A stretch of DNA of 63,544 nucleotides, filler included, from Intoshia linei (taxonomy: Eukaryota; Animalia; Orthonectida): the NCBI GenBank assembly GCA_001642005.1. It is 9 parts of 9 records of this genome, joined end to end, with 100 filler letters (N's around TTAATTAATTAA, not from the genome) between each part and the next. Parts side by side here need not be neighbours in the genome. Positions count along the whole stretch, not along the records: positions 25,079 to 46,781 come from LWCA01000632.1; positions 46,882 to 49,215 come from LWCA01002344.1; positions 49,316 to 55,480 come from LWCA01001702.1; positions 55,581 to 57,548 come from LWCA01002447.1; 5 more parts are not named here. The stretch is one strand, 5' to 3'. How positions within the stretch are numbered: position 1 is the first letter of the stretch; each line of letters begins with the position of its first letter. Position numbers and translations under genes: made by a program. This document shows, one piece after another, positions 42,801-55,939 of this stretch. Below the pieces are notes generated by a model. The model searched no databases and was not told the DNA's origin. It was given only the letters and a program-made list of their open reading frames with translations.

Positions 42801-45123
42801 GTAATAATTGAATCAAAGACCCTTCAGGTGTTTGAAAAAGTATAGTTGATATGGAATTGTGTGAACCCAATGTACAGTTTGATCTAGTATGGTAATTTCC
42901 GTAATGTTCTTCGTCCGTTATGACACCGTTATCTACAACGCAATGAGTGATTTTTAAAAGCAAATAGGGTATAATTCCACTGACAATGGCTACAATAAGA
43001 CACTCAAACATTTTAAATACTTTGTATTGAATATATCTATATTATACTTTGTATATCATTGTATAGAAACCTACTTTACCTCATTCGTAGTTTAGTAATT
43101 TTCACATTCATATAATTAATGATGGATCCCAAAATTCCTCCTAATAGAGTAATTTTTATATTGATCAAATTATAAGTTATAAATCTACCTACCAATTATT
43201 CCCATTATGAGAAATATCGGAACTTCAATGACATGAAATTGATAGTGATAATCAAAAACTCCAAAGCTGATTAAACCTAAACTTTTAGGTATACATAATT
43301 AATACAATGTACAATGTAATTTTATCGAAAAAAAATAAATCTTACCGGGGTTGGATAAACTATTCAGATGGCCGTAAAATGCGCTAACTAATAAATTTAC
43401 TGTAAATGTAGCAGTAATGGAGGAAAATAACATTTTAGATGTTAATAAAGGATTGCAAAAACTAGTTCCTTCTTCTAAACTAAACATGACACCACCGATT
43501 GGTGCTCCAAAAGCGGCTGATACCTAAAAGTTTAATCAATTTAGTACTTTTTTATTTATTTCTAATTTTATAAATATAAATTTTAAATTAATGAATCATA
43601 CTCCGGCTGCGGTACCGCACGCCACAAAATCTCTTTTTTGTGCATCTGACTGTAATGATTTTAAGATCTAAAATTTATCTACAATAAATGGCTAATTATT
43701 TTAAACCTTTAGATCCATTCTGAAAAATTTAGATTTTGTTTGTGAAATTCCTCCAGCAATTATTGCACCAGTATGTATCATCGGTCCTATATTAAATTAT
43801 TATTTATGTAGGTTTTAATTATTTTATCAAAGATTTTATTATTCCGAAATTGAGTCCTTCAAGGTCAAAAAATAAATTCCCCCTTTTTTACGTACATTAC
43901 AGTCAACTTTGTTTTAAATAAAATGTACCTTCTTTACCACACATCAATCCTCCAATAACTGAGAAAACAATTCCAAAGGTTTTACAAATTAACGTTTGCA
44001 GTTTTAGAAGGCCTCTGATGCGGACTCCATTGAGATAAGATTTAATATTTGGTATTCCACTTCCAGCAGCTTGTGGCTAGGAATTAAAAAATTTAAAAAT
44101 AAGTCAAAATTGGCAACCCTAAACATGTGCGATTTTTTAAATAAAAAATTACCATCCAATATGTCACTATTAATGATCCAATTAACACAAAAACTATGTT
44201 TATAGAAATCCAAATGGTCAGGGCTTTAATTTCACAGTAAACGGAAGTACAATGGTTGAATTCTAAATTGATTAATGGTAAATTATATTCAATACACAAA
44301 GTAATACATGCAATAATTGATTTATCCACAAAATTGTTCATACACAAATGCAATTAAAAAATTAAAAAATTCTAATTTGGGTAAAATATTTAAATTTTCA
44401 TAATTTGAGAGTACCTATAACTCTACAAAAATCGTAACTTATATAATATGCTACGCGATTTTTGTTTGTGTGTGTTATGGTTTATTGAAATAACTACCAG
44501 TCTTAGAATTTTTTAAAGACCACATTTCAATTACAGTTTTTTCCGGGATGTATAAGATAAATTTTAACCTCCTAATTTCATATCTTACAGGTCAAAAACC
44601 CCAGTTGTCCATCTTTTTGAAAATCAAATGAGTTGGAGAATTTAAAAAAATATATAGGTTGATGCGGATTTTAAAATCATAAACATTATCATACATTTAA
44701 ATTTAAAAAAATTATATCTTCAGGGCCAAAACCCCAACCGATTTAGTATTAAAATTGCCTTCAGTGTTCACTGTTTATTATTCATTTATTATTATACAGT
44801 TATTATTTACAAACTTAAAAATCAGATGGTTGATGATTATATTTATTCCATTACAAATTGTAAATGAATGCAATTGTAAATGAAATGCATTAATTGCAAA
44901 ACAATGATAAAATACATTTATTACCTTTCGATATTAATTTATATTTTAATTTTGTTCCATATTCTATGGCTAGTTCTACTAACGTAGCCACAAAAGCAAC
45001 CACAACACCAATCAAAAATAAAATACACCATTCGGACATATTTTGTTTCAGTAATTCTGTTTTCGTTATATTTTTTCTATTTTGTATATACATTTCGTTC
45101 TCCATTGTATCATAATTATGTGA
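36827..45123 (-). CDS. CLCN7: CLC-7-like (CLC-6/7 branch) lysosomal H+/Cl- exchanger, ~13 exons, first exon missing or uncertain
   Basis: Spliced translation has AAGSGIP, GKEGPMIH (gating Glu), [28 protein letters not shown] (proton Glu), GIFIP, RMTVSL, GLYDEHI..P.LPW, CBS1 ([21 protein letters not shown]) and CBS2 ([33 protein letters not shown]). Stop at 36827-36829. Confidence 0.93.
37067..37437. mobile_element. hAT-like MITE in CLCN7 last intron
   Basis: TIRs CAGAGGTGTGGA / TCCCCACCTCTG; ATCTAA on both flanks. Confidence 0.65.
38022..38690 (+). repeat. Dispersed repeat family copy (Helitron-like 5' end)
   Basis: Begins ACTTATATAATACGC..GTTTGTCTGTGTGTG, same start as the 44437 copy; ~130-bp subrepeats. 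Confidence 0.75.
40222..40568. mobile_element. Foldback-like element with ~100-bp degenerate inverted arms
   Basis: ACATTAATTTGAGCGATA...TTTTTGTGGGTTTATTTAGGGAAAAATTT pairs with AAATTTTCCCTAAAGAAACCCACAAAAA...TGTCGCTCAAATAAATGT. Confidence 0.6.
40920..41140. repeat. Degenerate tandem repeat, ~77-bp unit x3
   Basis: AATTTTCAG(A/G)TTAT(T/A)TTTTTAA recurs at ~40922, ~40999 and ~41076. Confidence 0.65.
41204..41465. mobile_element. MITE (hAT-like), same family as 31087-31358
   Basis: TIRs CAGAGCCAAATATAC / GTATATTGGGCTCTG; 8-bp flanks CTTCTAAC / TCGCTAAC. Confidence 0.7.
44437..44740 (+). repeat. Truncated copy of the dispersed Helitron-like repeat in a CLCN7 intron
   Basis: Aligns by eye to 38022-38320. 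Confidence 0.75.
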
Positions 45124-45495
45124 CTAAAACGTTATACATATTATTTCATATAACTGAATTGATCATTGTAATTTCATCAATTTGTATAGGTTATGTAGGT
45201 TAGTTCCAGGCCACAGCCTGTCTGAACTAACATTTAGTTTAAAAAAATTACTCATCCAAAATTTCAACATTTTCTGATTTGGCACACTTTCAGGAGTATT
45301 TTTAAAAAAAATTAAAAAAATTCTTAGTAGCGTTTTTGAGTAAAAGTCAAAAATGTATATTTTTCTCTAAAAATTTCAATAAAATGTTCAATAATACTAA
45401 TTTTAGTCTTGATTGTGTAACTAATCTCCATTGATGAAAGTTTGTTTTGTTTCAAATTTCAAATTATATTCTACCTATTTTTTGTTGTTATTATC

Positions 45496-45802
45496 ATGCA
45501 TGAACAAAATAGGAAAAGGTTATTTTTATTGTGTTTTGGTAAAACAAAAGTTATGTGTTCGATCTCTACTCATGTATGTTCCCTGGTTGAGCTATATTTT
45601 GATCAAGGTATTGATAAAAATGATGATCGTTTACCTAATGTGATAAGCAGCAACCACCAGAAAATTGTCCATGAATATGGAAATGATATTTTCAGTAGGA
45701 AAATTTAAATTTTTGATCATTCTAAACTCACCATTAATTCTAAACGAAAGACTCGATCTTCACTCAACAAAACTTGTTCATGCACAATTTGCCTATCATA
45801 AT
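45496..45802 (+). pseudogene. Degenerate zinc-binding N-terminus of a Chapaev-like transposase
   Basis: HEQNRKRLFLLCFGK...D.NDDRLPNVI..., an in-frame stop, then TRS...CSCTIC. Resembles the Chapa-type H..CxxC..D..P..C pattern with several Cys lost. Confidence 0.3.
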
Positions 45803-47289
45803 TATCATTCAACTTCAATAGTAATAATGGTGTTCCTAAAATTAAAAAACGTAATTCTTCTGGACGTCCAAAAACAGGAGTTAGTGATTTTGAAGTGTCA
45901 AAAAATTTATTTATTCCGGAGAATTACGAAAATGTCATAAAAGTTTGGAGAAAATTAAACATAGAAACACAAAAAACTGAACTATTGATTACAGAATTCA
46001 ACTGTCTAAAAGTAGAATTTATAAAAGCTTTGAATGATTTCAAATTAGTTGTCCAATAGGGTGTCTACTTTTTTAAAGATCGAAAAGTATATTTGCATAT
46101 AATTGTGTTTTTATGCACTAATCACGAATATGTGAAAATTAATTCATTTAATTAAAATTAATCTCGCCTGAAATTAAAAACACTTGATATTTTTATTTTT
46201 AAAAATGTGAACTATACTTTATTACACTAATTTATTTATTAATCTTATAATTAATAATATAAAATTGAAATGAAGTATTCAAAAAAAGTATGAGGTGGAC
46301 GCGTCCTTATGGAGTAGTGGTTAGTGAACCGCTTAGTAATTTATCGAGATTACCTACTATAAAAAAAGTAATGGGAAAATATCATTTTTTAGATATGGAA
46401 AATAACTCAGAATGAAAATCTTATTACTGTGATAAAACTGCAATAGAACTATATTCTTTATGGATGAAGGGCACTCTGGGACCGATTCCATTGGGATTGG
46501 TAAAAGTCAAACTTAAAGATTTAATGAACAAGTATGCGCTCTATCTAAAAAATTCGAACTACCATCAAAAATTGAAACAAAATTGGGATAACATATTAAT
46601 GATAAAAGATAAAAAAATATAACTTGACGAAGATGAAAAAAATTTTGATTTCCGTTTTGAATCGAAAGTAGAGCCATATTCTGACAATTCTTCAGATGAA
46701 AATTATTATCCTTTCTATAAAGTTTCTACAAATAAATCAATAAAATGTGAGAAGTTAGCTAAAGCCTCATTATCTACAAATNNNNNNNNNNNNNNNNNNN
46801 NNNNNNNNNNNNNNNNNNNNNNNNNTTAATTAATTAANNNNNNNNNNNNNNNNNNNNNNNNNNNNNNNNNNNNNNNNNNNNACAGTATTTAATTAATCTT
46901 GTTACATTTTTTATTGTACGTTAAATAATTAAAACGAAAAATTTTAGCTAATAGACTAATAAAAAATACATAAATGATGAAATTTTATCCACTTTACTGT
47001 TCTAATTAAACTTAAATTAATTATTGTTTAAATACTATATTTAATTTGAATAGTTTTCATTTTATTTTGTTTACAATATTAAGTATAATATCTTGAGTAC
47101 AAAAACTTTACTATTTATAATTTAATTTTGCAAAAGTCAAACACAAAATTTTAATTTGCAAACTCAAATTCAATTTTGCAACTAAGATATCAACTTTTTA
47201 TTTATATAATGGAATAATCGCTTTACAGTAAAAAGTAATGTGATATGACGGTTCCATTTGAACAAGTTTGGGAACCACCACTTTAAAGG

Positions 47290-47435
47290 ATTGATAATAA
47301 TAAATAGTAGGATTTTTAAGTTAGAGTTTCAACGTTAATTTTACTTATTTATTTATTTATTTTTTTGGTATAATAAAAATGTATCTTTGGTAGAGCTAGG
47401 TGCTGTTTGTACTTAGTACATAACAGACAACCTAG
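47290..47435 (+). mobile_element. Helitron-type 3' terminal ~145 bp
   Basis: Shared upstream block plus CTGTTTGTAC-TTA-GTACATAACAG hairpin and CTAG|T. Confidence 0.72.
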
Positions 47436-48663
47436 TATTGTATATTTAATGATATTTCGGAAAAGTGAAAAAAAATGTTTGAAAAATGTAATTGGCTTAT
47501 TATTTAATATTTTAGTTTGTAATCATAAAGATTAAAATGTAATGTATAAATAGGGTATCGGTCAAGGTCTACGACGTAGATTTTACTTTAAGTCTTCATA
47601 ACAATATATTAATGGTTTATATTATCATATACAGTATCTAGTATTTATCATGTTTATTGTCACTCAGTCTAGAATGAGTACATAATGTTAATTCATTATC
47701 TGCATAAAATATATTAATTAGTATTTAAGTTTCTCGTACAGGGGTCTACAAGCTTTTAACCAATTCACCAGCAAAGCTACTTTACTTATTACTCATACGA
47801 TGCTACGGCTGCAAAAAATTTACTTAGACATTGAGAAAATGGCAAAAGTCACCAATGTAACTTTTTGATAAAAATATTTTAAATAACTCTTAAATACAAT
47901 CTGATTAAAACTTTTTCAATAAACGTAAAATTTTATATTTCATTGAATAATAATGCAGCTGCCAAATTTAAATTAAGCCATTTTGAAAAGAGATCTATTG
48001 TGCATAATTTTATAAAGATTATAAATATTTCGCGTCTTACAAATGGCAACATTTTAACATGTTTTAACTACACTCATAAATAATAAGGTAAATTTAGTAT
48101 CGTATGAAAAACTTGAATCGACCCAAATAGGTCAATTTTCCCATTATTGTGATCCATTGCTCAGTACACATTATTATTAATACTACCAACTTTAAAACTT
48201 TACTTTGAACCTTAAGTTTATGTCTAATATAAGTTTTTTTTTTAAATTTTAATATTAGCAAGTTTTAATTAACTAGAGAAACGGGGGCAAAATTAAAAAT
48301 GTAAATTTTGGATTAAAATATTTTAAATTTCGCTTGAATAAAATCTGATTTAAACTTTTCAGTTTGAAGTAAAATTGTATATTGCATTATGATCATATGG
48401 ATTGTTCACTGCAACAGGTGGTGCACACTGCTCTAGTAGTACATTATTGAAGTTAATGCTAGTACTTAATATCATTATTTTGTATACGAATGTATTTACT
48501 AATTACTATTATTATTACTAATACTACTGGATATTGCTAATACCCAAGATTACATTACACATATAATTATATAATGTTTCTTTAGTAGACATTATTTTGT
48601 GAATGTATATGTGTAATATAGCTAAATTTTATTTTACAGTTTGTAAACAAATTTTGACATATA

Positions 48664-49215
48664 CAGTCAGTTTCATAATTACGTCAACACCTAAAAAATA
48701 TTTATATATTTTATATTTTCATTAATTTATAAATATAACTAATTGCATTTTTTTATTTTATTTTGATGTTTATAATAGCTATTAATATATTTAAAATAAT
48801 AAATATAAAGTCATGTTTTTATTGATTTTTAAATTTATAACAATATAAACAAAATACAATTAATTTCAAATTTATCAAATGGACGATTCAAAAGTATGTC
48901 AACACTACCAGTTAATTTAGATTGATTAATTATTAAATTTATAGTTTTCATCTGGCTCCATTGGATCTAAGGAATTGAATTAATGTGAATTAAATGATGA
49001 AGGTAAATCATTACGTGAAATTGGCCGACTCGTTGGCGGACACTATTTTACTATATTGAAGGCTCTAACGAGACTTCGCGATAATGTAATTGATGAGAAA
49101 GTGACAAGAACGGGTCGAAAACGGTTATCGGACTGCCGATCGGATCGGATCGGACCAATTTTCAACAACGGTAATGATTTGGGGATGTATCTCAATGGAA
49201 AAAGGAAGTCGAGTA
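48664..49215 (+). mobile_element. 5' end of a Tc1-family element related to 20964-22412
   Basis: TA|CAGTCAGTTTCATAATTACGTCAAC outer repeat; inner repeat TTCAAAAGTATGTCAAC at ~48887; then EGKSLREIGRLVGGHY.TI.KAL.R...RTGRKRL (paired-like HTH + GRPR-like motif). Confidence 0.8.
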
Positions 49216-49574
49216 NNNNNNNNNNNNNNNNNNNNNNNNNNNNNNNNNNNNNNNNNNNNTTAATTAATTAANNNNNNNNNNNNNNNNNNNNNNNNNNNNN
49301 NNNNNNNNNNNNNNNGCAATTTAACCTTTAATTTTAAGGTGTTACCTACCGTTTCTATAGTTTTAAATTCTTTATCTCGCCAACTTTTTCTAAATCCCAA
49401 AAATGGCGAATTATAGAGAGAATACTGTATGTTTATTCGCATCATTTAACGTCAATTGACAATTTTTTAAAGTTTAAAATTGAAATTATTTACTTTAAAG
49501 GAATCGAAATTTGCATTAATTTATCTTTTTTACAAATTTTCAATAAAAAATTAAATTTAATTTCAAAGATCAGA

Positions 49575-49710
49575 TAATAGTTAATAGTAGGATTATTAAG
49601 TTAGATTTTCAACGTGAATTTATTTTTTTAGTATAATAAAAATGTGCCCTTCAGCGGATCGAAGTGCTGTTTGTACGTAGTACATAATCTGTCATAAATA
49701 ATCAAGCTAG
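49575..49710 (+). mobile_element. Helitron-type 3' terminal copy
   Basis: Same upstream block as 47290 and 54160; ends CAAGCTAG|T. Confidence 0.65.
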
Positions 49711-50159
49711 TGTTAGCTATATAATTCAAGTTTAATTGCATAAAAAAATGAGTTCATAAATATAAGTAAGCTAAACCTTCACGCATGTTTTGATTTTTTA
49801 AATATTGACCATAAATATAAAATCTTAATTACATGTATGTAATATGATGAAGTGGAAATATTAAATATAAATAAATACTATACAGTAAACTCTCGAAAAG
49901 TGACCACTTTTTTTGATAACTGGTCACTTTTTTAACTAAAATTAAAATTACTTATAAATTAATTAACATTGTAATATTACTATACTTACGGTATTATTTA
50001 CACTAATTACTTTATATTTAACAATATAAAATGGACGAGATATATAGCGATAAATTATCTACGAATATTATTTATTAGGCGATCCTGAAAATAAATTAGA
50101 AATAAGATCCTATTTAATATTAACTTTAAATTATAATAAATTAATATAATATTTCTGAC

Positions 50160-50710
50160 CAAATGGAAAGACAACGCAATTGTCACTGTTGTGTCAACAT
50201 TAAATGACTCCACACAATCTAAAAAAGTTCAACTATGGTGCAAAAAAGATAAAATTAGACAATGGCTTCCAAATCCAAATTGTGTATATTTTTATAACTA
50301 ACATATGGGACGTAGTGATAAAATGAGTCAAAACTTAACGCTTATAGAATAGGAATACGTGGTAGGAAGTGGTGGTGTATATTCACATGAATGCTGGATG
50401 TTGCTGTGAATAATGCATGGGTATGTGTAAAGAATGTGGAATCAATATTATTAATCTACATTTTAAACAGAGAATAGCTATGTACTATTATGAAAAATAT
50501 GGTCTACCCCTAAAAAATAAGCGGAAAAGGTATAATTACAATTTTTCTGAATTGAGATATGATGATACGTCTTATTTGGTTATAAATGTTCCACACAATA
50601 CAAGAAAATGTGTAATGCTAGGATGTAGTAGTGTTGGTCGCACTGAATGTTCAAATTGTGACGTAGGTTTATGTGTAGGATGTTTCATATCATCCATACC
50701 AAATATTTAA
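50160..50710 (+). pseudogene. piggyBac (PGBD3-like) transposase C-terminal remnant
   Basis: WKDNAIVTVVST...YN*HMG..D...YRIGIRGRKWW...LDVAVNNAW, then LRYD and the Cys-rich tail C..GC....RTECSNCDVGLCVGCF. Confidence 0.88.
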
Positions 50711-52532
50711 GGTAAATTATACTTTTAATTAATATATTTAATTTAGATATATCCAAAAATTCCATTCAAATAAATTGTTTTTTATAATTATAAATAAATA
50801 TATTTTTTAACCCTGTGAGGAATGCATTACATTAAATTATACATGTAAATTTAATTTCACGAAATTTATCCATTCCACCATTTTATAATGAGCTTTTTAC
50901 TTTCATTTTTTAATAATTAGAATGATTTAATTTTTACTTTTTAATATATTTTACCATATTGTATCAATTCCTCAAAGATGTAATGATAAAATAAGCAAAT
51001 TTCAAGTTTTACGTATACACGTATATACGACGTATACTATACTTAATAAGTATAGTATAATAGTATCATAATATAGGTATTACTTATATTATACGTATTC
51101 ATGAAATCAGTAAATTTCAGCCAATACGTATATAGGTGGATTAAAAATATAAGAAAATTTCAAACGATAGGTACATAAATGTATTCAAAATTTTTTCCAA
51201 TAATTTATATGAATAATGAGACCAAAATACGAAATGGGTTTTTTAATGAAGAATACGACCAAAATACGAAAAGGTTTATTTTTAAACAAACGATAATGGA
51301 TCAAAAATATTATGATAATTTCTTATTAAATCAGTGCAATAATTTTAAATCGTGAATCAATAAATTTTGCTCAGATGTAAAAATTACAAGGCGAAAATGA
51401 AAGACGTTCGAAATAGCGACGTTAATAACAACAACTATTGTTGTAATGTTAATAAATTTATTATTTACAAAATAAAATTATTGCAATGATTGCATTTTAT
51501 ATGCATTGTGTAATTTATCATTCTTATTACAAATGTTTAAATAATTATTTTATATTTTTAAGAATGTATCCAAAATTCCTCAAAGTTCACTTTTGTACAC
51601 ATATTCTCCCAACTGACTATATGGTCACATGTAATATCTATATAACTACTATTTGTAGGACAGTTAAATTAGTAAAATTCTAAAATTTTATTAAAATCGA
51701 AGGAAAAAAAATTCAAAAATTGGCTTGGGAGAAAATGGGTTCATACAATTAAAATTCAAATTAACATTATGGGTGAAAATCTATATAATTCATTTTTTCT
51801 GAATTTTTTTCATTAAAAAAGTAAACTTTAATAAATTGATTTAATAATAGTAAACAAGACTTTTATCCTAATGATGAATTTCTTCAGAAAAATGTATTAG
51901 ATTTTCTTAAAAAAATGGTACGTATCCCTTTATTAGTCTTTGTTATCAAGGATTTAAAGTTATACTTCCAAACAGTAAAAATTTTTACAGCTTAAAGAAA
52001 CTACATCATTTAAAAAATATTCATAGCAGTCACCAAAAAACCCAGGTTGGAAAAGACTTATTTAAACCATGGATATTAACATGTTTAATTGTCTCATAGC
52101 CAATTGAAACACTTATTGAATTGAATTGACCACCTATATTTAGTTAATGACGTTGAAAATTAAATAGGATGTTTTTCTTATGCGTAACACCACATATCAC
52201 CAAATCGATAAAGATATTTTTGTACATTCTTGGTTCATTTAATACTTATGCATAGCTGATTAATGATTTTTTTAATGAGCGTCATTATCAAATTGATAAC
52301 AAAGCCTATGCAATAGAAAGTGCTTGGGGAAGCGGTATGAATGAATACATTACTTTTACTGGATACTCATTTATAAAGATAAAACCTGAATATTAAATGT
52401 TATGTCAATATAAACAAGCGCAGATGTAAATACTCTATTTTATATTAGTTTTAACACTTATTAGTGGCAAAAAAATTTTGACTATTGGAAAAATTCATTA
52501 TTAATTAATACATAAAACATAAAGTAGGCTAA

Positions 52533-52901
52533 TTAATATATTCTCCATAAGGAATATAAAATTACCAATTTAGAAATGGGGTTTGTATTCACTGGGTCTT
52601 TTTGATAATCACTAAACACATCCTTTGAATTGTTGGGATAAGATTGGTCGCAGAATTCTTTCCTACATGAAGGTGGATATTGTTCAGGGCTATAATACAA
52701 ATGATTATTAGAAAACTGAGAATTTTTGCATTGATTATAATAATTGTAGTCTCGAGATTTTTGGTCACTTGAAGAAAAATTAGCTATATCTGAAATTTCA
52801 ATAGAATAATTGTAACTTTCTTGTGAGGGAACAAAACATGCTTCGCGTACCTCCTTGTTTTGTGCAGTAGATTCAAAAATATAGTTTTCAGTGTACATCA
52901 T
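52533..52901 (-). CDS. Hypothetical protein, probable first exon (S/Y/N/P-rich)
   Basis: 122-codon ATG ORF, unlikely by chance at this AT content; probable donor after ...ISKL; downstream exons not resolved. Confidence 0.45.
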   Translation of the reverse strand: MMYTENYIFESTAQNKEVREACFVPSQESYNYSIEISDIANFSSSDQKSRDYNYYNQCKNSQFSNNHLYYSPEQYPPSCRKEFCDQSYPNNSKDVFSDYQKDPVNTNPISKLVILYSLWRIY

Positions 52902-53446
52902 TTTAATTTAAATGAAATTCCAATTTTAACTTTAATTAATTCGGCTTATATAAATATTTCATTTTTAATATTTACACACGCTATACAAACTACTGAATCC
53001 TTACGATAGTTTAAAATTTGTGCATCGATATAAATACTAATATTCGCGGTAAATCGGCGATGCACTCCGAAATAATATTCTTGATAAATGATAGCTTAAC
53101 AGTCGTTATTGATTTGAATGAGTGACACCCCAAACAGAACTACATAGCAATGTACGTTATTACTAAAAGGGTAAGATATGTTTTTAGTCTAGATCGCGAT
53201 TGAACTAGCTTTAAATTGTCATTATTGACATATTTATTGGCGTGTCCTATTATGGCTGAAAATCAAGCATGTGTCGAAATTTACGTGGTAGTAGTAATTA
53301 TCGATTAAAAAATATTGAACTGAGAAAATGTTTTGAGACAAATGTAGTTTTAAATTTATTATTCAACAAATTAAATGTTCCGTTAGTCTATGCTTCTCCC
53401 GTCTAGCGGATAGATTTGGGCCAATTCACGTGCTGTTGTAATTGAA

Positions 53447-53699
53447 TTACAAAATAGTCTTAAAAGATAATCTTGGCAAAACATTCATTGAAATTAGTTC
53501 TTGAATAAGTAATTTTGATGCATATGGAATGTCTATAGTTGATACATCATTTGTACTATTGCAGGATTTGCACCTAAGTAAATTTTATTCGCATTTCGTA
53601 AATCATTACCATTTATTATGGGCTATTAATCCACACTTGTGGCATACTTGTAATTTGTATCGATCACTCGAGTGCATCAGCCTTTCTTGTAATAACAAA
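53447..53699 (-). CDS. POLR3B: RNA polymerase III second-largest subunit (RPC2), last two exons only
   Basis: LLLQERLMHSSDRYKLQVCHKCGLIAHNKW|CKSCNSTNDVSTIDIPYASKLLIQELISMNVLPRL; 36-nt intron; ERLM.SSD and the short Zn-ribbon loop fit RPC2 rather than RPB2. Confidence 0.88.
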
Positions 53700-54159
53700 C
53701 TAAAATCAATACATTACATTAATTATACACGGGCATAAGTTGTCACAATTTTATTTTAACATTTTAGCATTACCGAAATAATTTAATAATAGTTCACAAA
53801 GTGGTTTCCGCGGTGGGTAGGTTCTGTTGAGCGTGTTAAAATGCACCTGGAGACGATCTGGAATTTACAATTTTTTAATTTATCAGTCTAATTGAAATGA
53901 GCAGATATTATTAGTTATATCAAATATGAATCAAATAAATGTTTTCTTCATACAACATAATTTAAAGTATTATCGATATTTATCAGAATCATCCCTTGCA
54001 AGGCCCAAAAATTTACAATATCATACTGAAATAATTATAATCAATATTAAATAATGTACTTAAAAAGTTGTTCAATAAACATTGCTTTTAAAATATTTGG
54101 AAAATTAATAAAAATTGTTTTATTGGGGCTCTGAGTGGTTTCGAATCATTAAAAAAATC

Positions 54160-54253
54160 TAATTTTATATTGTCAACGTGAATTTATTTTTTTGGTAGAA
54201 TAAAAATGTGCCCTCGGCAGAGCTAGGTACTGTTTGTACAAAGTACATAACAG
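54160..54253 (+). mobile_element. Helitron-type 3' region copy, terminal CTAG lost
   Basis: TCAACGTGAATTTATTTTTTTGGTAGAATAAAAATGTGCCCTCGGCAGAGCTAGGTACTGTTTGTACAAAGTACATAACAG. Confidence 0.6.
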
Positions 54254-55939
54254 TGAACATAATAATTAATATAACTAACTTAACATGTTATGATTCACAA
54301 AAATGAAATCGTTACCGATAAAATACCTAGATTTTGAATCAGATATCTTATCCCCCGTGGTTATGATACTGTAAAACTATTTTGTTTTAAAGTTGAAATA
54401 TGTATTGCAATGTGAAAAATGTTGAATTTATGACTCATAAATAAATATGATTAGTCTTGTCAAATACAGTGCTAGTTAGAATAAATCACACGACCCTAAT
54501 TTTTAATAACTTATTATCGAAATTTTTCATTTGAGAATTATACTGTGCATTATCAAAGTAATTAACGTTAGAAAAAAGAAAAAGTATTGAATTCACCATA
54601 ACCATAATTTGTTCTCCTTAACTGACTCAAGTACCCAAAATAAGAGGATTGTTAATTTTCAAAGAAATATGAAATTCTAGTTCTAATGACTCGTTAAATC
54701 TCTTCGAAAAATTTTTACGTTATTTTTAGATAACTTTGTTAATTAAAATTAATTAGTTAAAACTAGTTAACTTAACCTTACAAATAAAACAAGTTATAAA
54801 AAATATTTTTTATATGTCGATCAAGTCTGATCTCAATACGGTATTGAGTCTTTCACTTTTATTAATTGTGCAAATGTAAGAACATTATATTAATTTAAAA
54901 AATAGTTTTGATCTGAAATGAGTGAAACTAAAAAAGTTATTCAGTTTCACATCTAATACGTTTTCGAAAATAAAGACAATGTTATATATTTATTGAACTT
55001 TTTAAACTCAAAAATATGGGAAGTTGAGAAAAAAAGAAAACTTTTAATTAAAACATAAATTTTTTAAGAACATAACTACATACCAAAAGACCTTTACTCC
55101 AAATTTATTATGGGTAAACCTTACAAAAAACAATTTATCTGCGAGACATAGATAGTCAACCATCAAAAATTCATGGTCAAATTTGTGCTACAAAATATTT
55201 CTTTATTTAGAAATATAATGGAGTCTTTTCATTATACATTTTCATTATTACCCAGCGTATAATAAAATTATGTAAAGTAAAAAAATGAAATAGATAACCA
55301 ATATTAACTTTGCGTCAAAATATATTCAAGAATTAAACAAACATCTACACATGTTAGATATTTTATTTTTCCAAAACAGTTTACATGAAATTGGACGATC
55401 GCCAGTTCATAAATACTTATAATAAAATTCAAAACTATGTCAACATTTCATATATTTTATTTCAAATTTAGTTATCATTCNNNNNNNNNNNNNNNNNNNN
55501 NNNNNNNNNNNNNNNNNNNNNNNNTTAATTAATTAANNNNNNNNNNNNNNNNNNNNNNNNNNNNNNNNNNNNNNNNNNNNATACACATTTGTCCATATTT
55601 CGTAAAAATAAAAAAATAACGCACTTACAATAAAAACGACATTACTTATGAAACGATTTAATAGTTTAAATATTTCCCTACATGTCTAATTTCGGAATCA
55701 ATTGAGATAACGTTATTAACATGTGTACATTGTGTACATCTTGCGGTAATATTTTTTCTTCAGAGGCAATTAATTTATGTGAACAATTTCTTATAATGTC
55801 TTTATGGTATGGAACTTTATTCATGAGAATATTAAAGAGCTTAGCAGAAATTTTTATACATGTAATGAGATATGGAGTCTAGTTTTGATTTCTGTAATTT
55901 AGTAATTTAGTAATTTCTGACATTATTATATCGATTAGT

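Noticed and set aside
46300-46340. tRNA gene (A-box-like TGGAGTAGTGG)
   Set aside because: No B-box/T-arm or acceptor-stem complement; at most a SINE-head remnant.
46350-46781. MULE-like transposase remnant
   Set aside because: Coding-like composition but no diagnostic motif I can defend.
53529-53738. Plus-strand 69-aa ORF
   Set aside because: Antisense to the POLR3B exons.
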